Shown here: positions 48,525 through 56,600 of the stretch, one piece after another
How the letters are laid out: each line of letters begins with the position of its first letter
Numbering within the stretch: the first letter of the stretch is position 1
Assembly: GCA_026395895.1 (NCBI GenBank)
Contig: JAPLXV010000003.1
Coordinates: 1 to 56,600, forward strand
Direction of reading: 5' to 3'
Length of the DNA stretch: 56,600 bases
Origin: Candidatus Nomurabacteria bacterium
Lineage (GTDB): Bacteria; Patescibacteriota; Minisyncoccia; Phycocordibacterales; UBA9973
Notes under the pieces: generated by a model
Told to the model about the DNA's origin: nothing
Seen by the model: only the letters and a program-made list of their open reading frames with translations
Database searches by the model: none
Translations under genes and position numbers: made by a program

Positions 48525-51080
48525 ATGAAAAAAGAAACATATAAAATTCAGGGAATGCATTGTGCGAGTTGTGTCGCTACGATTGAAAAAGTACTTTCAA
48601 AGACGAATGGGATACATTCTGCTTCTGTTAATTATGCGACCGAGTCGGCCTTGATTGAATTTGATGAAAATATTATTTCTGAATCGGGTCTTGAGAAAGT
48701 GGTAGATGAAGTAGGATATCATCTCGTTATTTCAAATAGTGCTAGAATTAATTCTCCTAAAAAAGATGAGATAATTTCTAGCGGGAATGTTAAAACAATC
48801 TCAATAAAGGTAATGGGTATGGATTCTCCTCATTGCGCTATGATAGTAGAAGGAGCGATCAAAAAATTATCTGGTGTAAAAAATACTGATGTTGATTTTT
48901 CAAATAGCCGTGCAAAAGTTGTTTTTGATTCATCTCTAGTAAATGTTGATGATATTTTTAAGGTTATAATTGATTCAGGTTATAAGCCAATGAAAGAAGA
49001 AGGCGAGGCGGAAGATATTTTAGATAAAGAAAAAATCGAAAGAGAAAAACAATTAAAAACATTAAAAACCAAACTCATTATCGGAGGTATTCTTTCCGTT
49101 TTTATATTTTTAGGCAGTTTTCCTGAATGGTTTTCTTTTGTTCCTAAAATTTTAAATAATAATTGGGTGCTTCTTTTATTGACAACACCGGTGCAATTTT
49201 GGGTTGGTTGGCAGTTCTATAGCGGTCTTAAACTTCTTATAAAATACCGTACGGCTGATATGAATACCCTGATTGCCATTGGAACACTGGCAGCCTTCTT
49301 TTATAGCGTCTCCGTTACGCTGTTTCCGGATTTCTTTGCCAAAGGAGGAATCGTACCGAAAATATATTTTGACACTTCGGCAATTATTATTGTCTTAATT
49401 CTTCTGGGAAAATATTTTGAGGTTTTAATGAAAGGAAGAGCTTCAGAAGCTATTAAAAAACTCATAGGATTGCAACCAAAAACTGCAAAGATTTTAAAAG
49501 ATGGAAAAGAATTTGAAATATCTATATCAGAAGTACAAGTAGGAGATTTGATAATTGTTCGACCGGGAGAAAGAATTCCAGTTGATGGAAAAATAATTGA
49601 AGGGGATTCAGAAATTGATGAATCAATGATTACTGGTGAGTCTATGCCAGTTCATAAAAAAATTGATAGCTTAGTTATTGGTAGCACTATAAATAAATTC
49701 GGCACTTTTACTTTTAAAGCAACAAAGGTTGGCAAGGACACTATGCTTTCACAAATTATTAAGATGGTAGAAGAAGCCCAGGGTTCTAAAGCTCCTATAC
49801 AGCGTTTGGCTGATTTAGTTTCTTCTTATTTTGTTCCGGCAGTATTTATTATAGCTGTTTTAACCTTTGTTGTTTGGCTTTTTTGGGGACCAAGTCCCGC
49901 TTTTACCTTTGCGCTTGTAAATTTTGTGGCAGTTTTAATAATTGCTTGTCCCTGCGCTCTTGGGCTAGCGACTCCTATGGCTATTATGGTTTCTTCAGGT
50001 AGCGCCGCTTCTCGAGGAATCTTAATCAAAGATGCTACCTCTTTAGAAACGGCTAATAAAATAAATACAGTAGTCTTAGATAAGACAGGTACTCTTACAG
50101 AAGGAAAACCACAGTTGACAGATATTATTGCTTTTAATAAAGAACATAGAACAGAGATTCTTAATTTAGCTGCTTCTTTAGAACAGCGTTCAGAACATCC
50201 TTTAGCTCAAGCCATATTGCAATATGCTGCAAGTCTTGACCAAAAGTCTTCACATCCCCTTGATAAAGCAATATTAGATGAAGTAAAAAAAGAAAAACTT
50301 GAACTTTATAAATTAGAAGAATTTAAAGCTATTTCTGGTAAAGGATTGCGAGGTTTTTTACAAATCCAGAATCAGAGAGTTGAAGCATATTTAGGGAATC
50401 GAGCTTTAGTGTTAGATATGGGTCTTGATATAAATCCTTTTGAAACAGATATTAGTAAACTTGAAAATGAAGGCAAGACGGTAATGATTCTTATGGTTGA
50501 TAAAAAATTAAAAGGCGCACTTGCTGTTGCAGATGTATTAAAAAAAGAATCAAAAGAAGCAATACAAGAACTCAAAAAAAATGGCATAGAAGTTTGGATG
50601 CTTACAGGAGACAATGATCGTACCGCTAGAGCTATAGCATCTCAAGTAGGTATAGATAATGTAATGAGTGAAGTATTACCTGATAAGAAATCAGAGAAAG
50701 TCCGTGAACTCCAAGAACAAGGGAAAATTGTGGCAATGATTGGTGATGGTATAAATGATGCTCCAGCTCTGACTCAAGCCAATATTGGTATCGCTATGGG
50801 AGAAGGCACAGATATCGCGATGGAATCAGCAAATATTACTTTAATGAGAGGGGACTTGATGCTTATTTTTGAGGTGATAAAAATCTCAAAGAGAACAATG
50901 AGAATAATAAAACAAAATCTTTTTTGGGCATTTTTCTATAACATTGCTTTTATCCCGGTTGCTGCCGGCCTTCTTTTTCCATTTTTTGGAATTCTTCTTA
51001 ATCCAATTTTTGCCGCAGTGGCAATGGCTTCCAGTAGTATTAGCGTTGTTCTGAATTCTTTAAGATTAAAAAAAATATAA
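48525..51080 (+). CDS. copA: Cu(I)-translocating P1B-type ATPase
   Basis: HMA MHCASC plus a second HMA-like domain, TGES, CPC, DKTGT, GDGIND, YN, MASSS. Confidence 0.95.
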   Translation: MKKETYKIQGMHCASCVATIEKVLSKTNGIHSASVNYATESALIEFDENIISESGLEKVVDEVGYHLVISNSARINSPKKDEIISSGNVKTISIKVMGMDSPHCAMIVEGAIKKLSGVKNTDVDFSNSRAKVVFDSSLVNVDDIFKVIIDSGYKPMKEEGEAEDILDKEKIEREKQLKTLKTKLIIGGILSVFIFLGSFPEWFSFVPKILNNNWVLLLLTTPVQFWVGWQFYSGLKLLIKYRTADMNTLIAIGTLAAFFYSVSVTLFPDFFAKGGIVPKIYFDTSAIIIVLILLGKYFEVLMKGRASEAIKKLIGLQPKTAKILKDGKEFEISISEVQVGDLIIVRPGERIPVDGKIIEGDSEIDESMITGESMPVHKKIDSLVIGSTINKFGTFTFKATKVGKDTMLSQIIKMVEEAQGSKAPIQRLADLVSSYFVPAVFIIAVLTFVVWLFWGPSPAFTFALVNFVAVLIIACPCALGLATPMAIMVSSGSAASRGILIKDATSLETANKINTVVLDKTGTLTEGKPQLTDIIAFNKEHRTEILNLAASLEQRSEHPLAQAILQYAASLDQKSSHPLDKAILDEVKKEKLELYKLEEFKAISGKGLRGFLQIQNQRVEAYLGNRALVLDMGLDINPFETDISKLENEGKTVMILMVDKKLKGALAVADVLKKESKEAIQELKKNGIEVWMLTGDNDRTARAIASQVGIDNVMSEVLPDKKSEKVRELQEQGKIVAMIGDGINDAPALTQANIGIAMGEGTDIAMESANITLMRGDLMLIFEVIKISKRTMRIIKQNLFWAFFYNIAFIPVAAGLLFPFFGILLNPIFAAVAMASSSISVVLNSLRLKKI

Positions 51081-51097
51081 ATTATTAAAAAACATTT

Positions 51098-52171
51098 ATG
51101 CAAAAAACATACACATTTCATGTAAACGGTATGCACTGTAACGCGTGTGTAGTATTAACCGAAAGCGAACTTTCTGAAGTGTCTGGGATTTCTGGTGTTA
51201 AAGCATCACTGAATGATTTTAGTGTTGAGGTAACAGGGGATTTTTCCGCCAGAGGCGGATCCGCCTCTGGCGGAGGAGATACACCAGAAGCTGTGGCTGA
51301 ATATTTATCTACAGTATTAAAACCACATGGTTATACGCTTTCGCTTCAAAAGGAAGAACATTTGGTTAAATGGTCTGATTTTCGCATTGCTTTGCCGATT
51401 GCCGTCGGTTTTGTTTTTGTGTTTTTTATTTTACAAAAACTTGGCATTGTAAATTTAATAAATGTGTCAAAAGTCAATTATGGAACTGCTTTTATTATTG
51501 GTCTTGTTGCTTCTGTTTCTACATGTATGGCGGTAGTTGGTGGTTTGGTTCTTTCTATGTCGGCAAATTTTGCTAAAGAAAACGACCCTTCGATTTCTCT
51601 CAGGGCAAGCAATATGCGACCGCAAATTTTATTTCATATTGGCCGGCTCGCATCGTTTTTTATTCTTGGTGGAGTAATCGGGGCACTTGGTTCGACATTT
51701 CAACTTGGGACAATTGGCACCTTTATTCTTAGTTTTATTGTGGCAATTGTTCTACTTATTCTCGGTATTAATCTTTTAGATGTTTTTCCTTGGGCAAAAA
51801 AACTTCAACCAACTATTCCAAGTTTTATTGGTAAACGTGTTCATGGTCTAAAAAATATTAATCATACCCTTACTCCTCTTTTGGTTGGTGTTGCCACTTT
51901 CTTTTTGCCTTGCGGTTTTACTCAATCAATGCAAATATATACTTTAACTACTGGAAGTTTTTTGACTGGATCTTTAATCATGTTTTCATTTGCTCTTGGA
52001 ACACTTCCAGTATTATCACTTTTAAGTTTTAGTTCATTGGGGATACATAAAAAAGCGCAGTCCGGAATTTTTTTCAAAACAGCTGGTCTTATTGTGATAT
52101 TTTTTGGAATCTTTAATCTAATCAATGCTTTGGTCGGCGCTGGAATTATTCCTCCAATTTTTAATTTTTAA
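51098..52171 (+). CDS. HMA domain fused to a TauE/DsbD_2-type membrane domain
   Basis: GMHCNAC; STCMAVVGG, FFLPCG, FALGTLP. Confidence 0.85.
   Translation: MQKTYTFHVNGMHCNACVVLTESELSEVSGISGVKASLNDFSVEVTGDFSARGGSASGGGDTPEAVAEYLSTVLKPHGYTLSLQKEEHLVKWSDFRIALPIAVGFVFVFFILQKLGIVNLINVSKVNYGTAFIIGLVASVSTCMAVVGGLVLSMSANFAKENDPSISLRASNMRPQILFHIGRLASFFILGGVIGALGSTFQLGTIGTFILSFIVAIVLLILGINLLDVFPWAKKLQPTIPSFIGKRVHGLKNINHTLTPLLVGVATFFLPCGFTQSMQIYTLTTGSFLTGSLIMFSFALGTLPVLSLLSFSSLGIHKKAQSGIFFKTAGLIVIFFGIFNLINALVGAGIIPPIFNF
51245..51274. repeat. Perfect 30 bp palindrome inserted in frame
   Basis: TCCGCCAGAGGCGGATCCGCCTCTGGCGGA encoding SARGGSASGG. Confidence 0.9.
51584..51607. repeat. CCCTTCGA-CTCAGGGC element in frame
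   Basis: gacccttcgatttctctcagggca. Confidence 0.65.
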
Positions 52172-52175
52172 TTCA

Positions 52176-52568
52176 ATGAAAACGAACAATGCAATTTATA
52201 TATCAATAATTATTGTTCTACTCTTAATATGGGGAGCAATTTTTTTGTCTGGAAATAATAAAAATTCAGATGGCAATGTCAATAATGTGAGTATTGTAGA
52301 TGGCAAACAAATTATCGAAATCAACGCTAAGGGTGGATATGCTCCCAGAATAACAACTGCCAAAGCAGATATTCCAACAGTCATAAAAATGAAAACGAAC
52401 GGCAGTTTTGACTGTTCGTCCGCTTTAGTCATCCCCAGTTTAAATTATCGTAACAACCTTCCGCTGTCTGGTGAAACCTTGATTGATGTGCCTGCCCAAA
52501 AATCTGGCACAAAATTGCAAGGCTTATGCGCCATGGGGATGTATAGTTTTACAGTAGAATTTAACTAA
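52176..52568 (+). CDS. Cupredoxin-domain protein
   Basis: GGYAP, DCSS, CAMGM; ATG at 52176 preferred. Confidence 0.8.
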   Translation: MKTNNAIYISIIIVLLLIWGAIFLSGNNKNSDGNVNNVSIVDGKQIIEINAKGGYAPRITTAKADIPTVIKMKTNGSFDCSSALVIPSLNYRNNLPLSGETLIDVPAQKSGTKLQGLCAMGMYSFTVEFN

Positions 52569-52571
52569 TTG

Positions 52572-52609
52572 AGCCGCCTCTCAGATTCGAACTGAGGACC
52601 TTCGCTTTA
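52572..52609 (-). pseudogene. 3' half of a tRNA (Thr-like), possible att remnant
   Basis: Minus strand TAA-AGCGA-AGGTC-CTCAG-TTCGAAT-CTGAG-AGGCGGC-T; no 5' half found. Confidence 0.75.
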
Positions 52610-52635
52610 ATATAAACAAACCCATAAAAGTAGAT

Positions 52636-53024
52636 TTAATTTTCAGATGGTATGTTTTTTTTCAAAATGGGAAAGATATAAGGATAATAAAAATTTATTA
52701 GGTTATCAATCAAATCTGTGTCTTTTTTTGAAAATCCTTCCTTTTCTAACTCGTTAATAGTACCTGCATAATTATATTGGAGAGAATCAATGGCATTACT
52801 AATACCTAAAGTTTTAAAGTAGTCTTTTTGGGTAAAATTTCTAGAAGTTTAAATAATCTTGCTAATTGTATAAATGCTTTGGGACAATTCCAAAAGTATT
52901 TGCTCAAAAATTCTTTTATTTTTTCATTTTTTATGTTAAAAAAGTTAACAAAATTGTCGGGAATCGGATCTCTAATTTCTTTTAGAGTTATATTTGGTTG
53001 TTGTGAAATTTGATCAAAATTCAT
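52636..53024 (-). pseudogene. Frameshifted hypothetical gene
   Basis: 72 aa ORF continues in another frame after an A5 run (~52825-52829) as KDYFKTLGISNAIDSL...IPSEN*. Confidence 0.5.
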
Positions 53025-53041
53025 AAAAAAGTAAATATAGT

Positions 53042-54049
53042 TTATATTTTAATGAATTTTTTTGCGTATATTTTTGTTTTTGCAGAAAAAGTGTTATTAT
53101 CATCATTATCAAGTACTATTTCAGCAGAAGCACCAGCGTGATCAATTTTGTTTTTCAATGGGTATTTTATCCCCGCAGTATCAAGTAAGATTTGTAATTT
53201 TGTAATATCTCCATCAGTCCAAAGAGTGATATTTTTTCCTTGTGCTTCAAATTTTTTGAGTATATCAAGAGTTTTTGTATTTAATTCTTCGCCGTTAAAC
53301 AAAGTACCCTCAATATCACAATACACTCCTTCAATATTTTTTCCCTTCATAACTTCTGGAACATTTTGTCGTATTGCAAACAAAAACTCAACAATTTCTT
53401 TATCAGTTTTATCAATCAAAGCGGGAAAATATTCTTTAGCTTCTATAATTGTTCGAGCAAGTCTGCTTGGATCTGCTTGCGAGATATCTTCCGCTGATCT
53501 GACATTACTAATTGCATGCAATAATACTGATACTTCATGACTAATTTCCTTATCTTGAATTTCTTGTAATTTGTCTCCCACAATATATTTATTCATACCA
53601 CTATTCAATATATTAATTGCATCTTTGGTAGCAAAAGGTAATCGTGTAAATTTTACATTTTCTTTAGCAAGCAAAAGATCAATTTTAGGTTTTATTTTTC
53701 GGATTGCATCCAAATTAGAAAAACCATATAGTAAAATTTTTCTTTCATTATTCTGGTTTATTAAATTTTCTACTAAATCAACATTATCGAAACCCTGTCT
53801 TTGTTTGTTAGCTATTTTGGCTTCAATATTTACAAAAGTAGAATTATTTAAACCAGTGAGGTCAATGCTCATTAAATCTTTTTTAAAAGAGTCAATAAAT
53901 TCTTGATTATCATCATAAAAAGAAAAACTTTTGAGAATTTCTAAATTTTCCGCATATTTTTCAGGGTTTTCCTTTTCTATTAGATGTGAAACTTTAATGT
54001 CTTTTTTTTCACCGGAATAAGATTCTGGATTTATATTTATTTGTTCCAT
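53042..54049 (-). CDS. Hypothetical protein with a C-terminal HAD-like domain
   Basis: VYCDIEGTL, ITLWTDG, IVLDND. Confidence 0.65.
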   Translation of the reverse strand: MEQININPESYSGEKKDIKVSHLIEKENPEKYAENLEILKSFSFYDDNQEFIDSFKKDLMSIDLTGLNNSTFVNIEAKIANKQRQGFDNVDLVENLINQNNERKILLYGFSNLDAIRKIKPKIDLLLAKENVKFTRLPFATKDAINILNSGMNKYIVGDKLQEIQDKEISHEVSVLLHAISNVRSAEDISQADPSRLARTIIEAKEYFPALIDKTDKEIVEFLFAIRQNVPEVMKGKNIEGVYCDIEGTLFNGEELNTKTLDILKKFEAQGKNITLWTDGDITKLQILLDTAGIKYPLKNKIDHAGASAEIVLDNDDNNTFSAKTKIYAKKFIKI

Positions 54050-54123
54050 ATATTTATTTTTTATTATTTAATAATGTATTTTGCCTTTTTAACTTTGGTG
54101 ACTATATTTTATATATTAACATT

Positions 54124-54690
54124 TTACATATTTTCTCTCAATTTAACAGCAAACATCCACAAATTTTGAACTTCTCGTGAAAGTCTATCTAGGCTTAGGC
54201 GTAATTCCTTACTTTTTTCTTCCATTTTTTTGTTCTCCATTTCAATTGGTAATTTTCTCCCACTTTCTTGGCAAGAAGCAGAAAAAATCTTTGCTCCAGA
54301 TATAAGTTTTTCTACATTCTGAGAATCTTCTGCCATTCGATTACCGACTGGTTGAAATTTCATATCATTAAACAATCGACTAAGTTTATTTATATTTTCA
54401 TTTATTTTTTCAATAGATTCTATATTAAATTTTTCTTCAAAATTTTTTATGTTTTTAATATGACTAACCATTCCCTGGAATTGCTCATTGTTTTGTAACG
54501 GCGTCAATCGATTCTGTTGTCGTTCATACAAAGCATCAATCATTATTTTTGATTGAGTTGAAAAATCTTCAATGATTTGTCTCAAATTACTCTCAAACCT
54601 TTTAGTATCTTCGGATTCCTCGTTCGTTTGACTAGAGTCTTTGTCTCTAATATTTACTGGTGGCTTTTTAAATGGGTTATTATCTTCCAT
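54124..54690 (-). CDS. Hypothetical helical protein
   Basis: 188 aa ORF. Confidence 0.65.
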   Translation of the reverse strand: MEDNNPFKKPPVNIRDKDSSQTNEESEDTKRFESNLRQIIEDFSTQSKIMIDALYERQQNRLTPLQNNEQFQGMVSHIKNIKNFEEKFNIESIEKINENINKLSRLFNDMKFQPVGNRMAEDSQNVEKLISGAKIFSASCQESGRKLPIEMENKKMEEKSKELRLSLDRLSREVQNLWMFAVKLRENM

Positions 54691-54883
54691 ATAGATATAT
54701 TAACATGAAATTAATATTTTTTAAATAGCCTCTCAGGCCATGAGTTTTTTATATATTTTTTCATTCTCCATTTTCTACCTTTTCCTTTATTTATATTTTT
54801 ATAAAAAGGTCTAAAATTAATTTATTTTTTAAAATATAGATATTTGATTTTTAAATAATATATGCTAATCTAGAAGATAGCAA

Positions 54884-54956
54884 GCCGGCATAGCTCAGTT
54901 GGTAGAGCATTCGCTTTGTAAGCGAAATGTCCGGGGTTCGATCCCTCGTGCCGGCT
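54884..54956 (+). tRNA. tRNA-Thr(TGT)
   Basis: Acceptor GCCGGCA/TGCCGGC, anticodon arm TTCGC-TTTGTAA-GCGAA, T arm CGGGG-TTCGATC-CCTCG. Confidence 0.96.
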
Positions 54957-54962
54957 CAATTA

Positions 54963-55376
54963 TTATTCTATCCCTTCTTCTTCTTTTATTCTATGTTTCA
55001 TCTGCCTAATTTTTTCTCGATATTCTGAAATTGTCTTTAAATATTTAGAAACTTCTTTTTTCTCCACTATTTCTTCCGGCACATTTTTTCTTAATTTTTT
55101 TAGTGTGTTTTTAATTTTTTCTATAAAAATTACACTTTGGGTTTTTAGAAAATTTGAAGATCTGATAAAAAATCTTAAAGTGGTAAAAACCGCGATGTAT
55201 CCAAATTTTTTGCCGTTTTTAAAGGTTAAATGTTTTATTTTTTGCAAGTCAGGTACAAAAGGATGCGAATGTCTGGTTGCAATAACCTGGCCGTTTCTAA
55301 CTAATACCAACTCGCGCCATATCATTATGATAATGCCGGCCAGAGATATTAAGAAAAAAAATAAGGGTAGATACAT
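54963..55376 (-). CDS. Hypothetical membrane protein
   Basis: 137 aa with N-terminal TM, downstream of tsf. Confidence 0.7.
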   Translation of the reverse strand: MYLPLFFFLISLAGIIIMIWRELVLVRNGQVIATRHSHPFVPDLQKIKHLTFKNGKKFGYIAVFTTLRFFIRSSNFLKTQSVIFIEKIKNTLKKLRKNVPEEIVEKKEVSKYLKTISEYREKIRQMKHRIKEEEGIE

Positions 55377-55383
55377 GATAATT

Positions 55384-56163
55384 TTAAATAGAATAACGTT
55401 TTACTTCTTTTATTTTTGCTTTATTTTTTTCAAGAAGTTGGCCAATTGTTTCATCTCCGTTTTTTATAAATACCTGATCCAGTAGGGTTTTTTCTTTGAA
55501 ATAGGTGTTTATTTTACCTTCCAACATTTTTTTCTTGATTTCTTCTGGTTTATTTACTTCAGCAATTTCTTTTTCAAAAATTTCTCGCATGGTATTTTTT
55601 ATTTCTGTAGTTATTTCATCTCTAGAAAGATATTCTGGTTTCATAGCGGTGATGTGCATAGCAATGTCTTTAGCTAATTCTTCATTGCCACCTTCCAAGG
55701 AAACAATTACTCCAATTTTATTATTGTGTACATAATTTCCCAAAACATTTCCTTTTACTTCAGATACCTCTCCCAATTCTATTTTTTCTCCGGTTTTTTG
55801 AATTATTGGATCAATTAAATCTTTTGCTTCTTCTTTCATTTTTTCTACTCCATCCTTGAAAACTTTTTCTGTTAGTTTTGAAATTAAATTTACAAAATCT
55901 TCATTTTTAGAAACAAAATCAGTTTCACAATGAAGGGCAACTAACACAGATTTTTTACCGTCAGTTTTTATACAAACTCTTCCATCTTTGGCATCACGAC
56001 CTGCTTTTTTTAATGCAATATCAGAACTTGTTTTTTTTAAGATAGCTAAAGCTTTTTCCATATTGCCCTCAGCTTCTTCCAAAGCATTTTTACATTGCAT
56101 TACAGAGATGCCTGTTGCATCTCTAAGTTCTTTTATCAACTCAGTAGTTACATCTTTAGACAT
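55384..56163 (-). CDS. tsf: Elongation factor Ts
   Basis: IKELRDATGISVMQCKNAL, CETDFV, IAMHI; ATG at 56163. Confidence 0.96.
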   Translation of the reverse strand: MSKDVTTELIKELRDATGISVMQCKNALEEAEGNMEKALAILKKTSSDIALKKAGRDAKDGRVCIKTDGKKSVLVALHCETDFVSKNEDFVNLISKLTEKVFKDGVEKMKEEAKDLIDPIIQKTGEKIELGEVSEVKGNVLGNYVHNNKIGVIVSLEGGNEELAKDIAMHITAMKPEYLSRDEITTEIKNTMREIFEKEIAEVNKPEEIKKKMLEGKINTYFKEKTLLDQVFIKNGDETIGQLLEKNKAKIKEVKRYSI

Positions 56164-56167
56164 AATA

Positions 56168-56600
56168 TTATTTAGTGGGCAGAGACATTTGGCCTCCCTT
56201 GTAAGCATTAGCAATAGAAGCAGTGAAAAGTTTGATGGAAGGAATTCCGGAATCATTGCCAACTATAGGGTAATCAATCCCTTTAATATTTGAATCAGAA
56301 TTTACTAAAGCAACGACAAGTACGCCAGATTTTCTAGCTTCAGTGGCAGCAATATGTTCTGCTTTTGCATCAACAACGAACAACGCATCAGGAGTTTTCT
56401 TCAAACCAATTAAACCACCGTAGTATTTGGTAAGTTTTTCCATTTTTTTAGCCATCATCACTCTTTCTTTCTTTGTGTATTTTTCAAGTCCACCTTCTGC
56501 AATATCTTTATTATATTTTTCAAGTTCAGCAATTCTTTTTTTTATTTCTGTGAAATTACTTAAGGTGCCTCCAATCCAACGAGTATCAACATAAGGCATA
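56168..56600 (-). CDS. rpsB: 30S ribosomal protein S2 (5' part outside window)
   Basis: RWIGGTLSNF, TKKE, PDALFVVD, IVGND. Confidence 0.96.
   Translation of the reverse strand, partial: MPYVDTRWIGGTLSNFTEIKKRIAELEKYNKDIAEGGLEKYTKKERVMMAKKMEKLTKYYGGLIGLKKTPDALFVVDAKAEHIAATEARKSGVLVVALVNSDSNIKGIDYPIVGNDSGIPSIKLFTASIANAYKGGQMSLPTK

Noticed and set aside
56164..56262. N-terminal extension of tsf
   Set aside because: Overlaps rpsB; conserved Ts sequence begins at MSKDVTT

Overview
Low-GC bacterial chromosome segment whose compact core genes and gene content suggest Patescibacteria/CPR (Parcubacteria-like; taxonomy is an inference). It carries housekeeping genes (ligA, pheST, gyrB, thrS, rpmF, nusB-Nudix, rnc, smc, rnr, rpsP, trmD, rpoBC, dnaG, rpoD, tsf, rpsB), tRNA-Ser(GGA), tRNA-Thr(TGT), an orphan tRNA 3' half, and a ~11.6 kb CsoR/CopA copper cluster. 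Most notable: (1) a 4.1 kb serine-recombinase island in tRNA-Ser whose attP lies inside the recombinase gene, so integration swaps its C-terminus, and which carries a second complete, hairpin-rich attP copy in inverted orientation; (2) orphan PemK and NYN RNase genes each met by a predicted convergent promoter/small RNA/terminator unit, with the PemK RNA motif recurring after rpoC (candidate RNA-antitoxin system); (3) at least five families of GC-rich palindromic elements inserted in frame into essential genes, one nested; (4) a structured ~140 nt leader shared by rpoB and a cupin gene; (5) a short SMC with a CxxC hook and no hinge.
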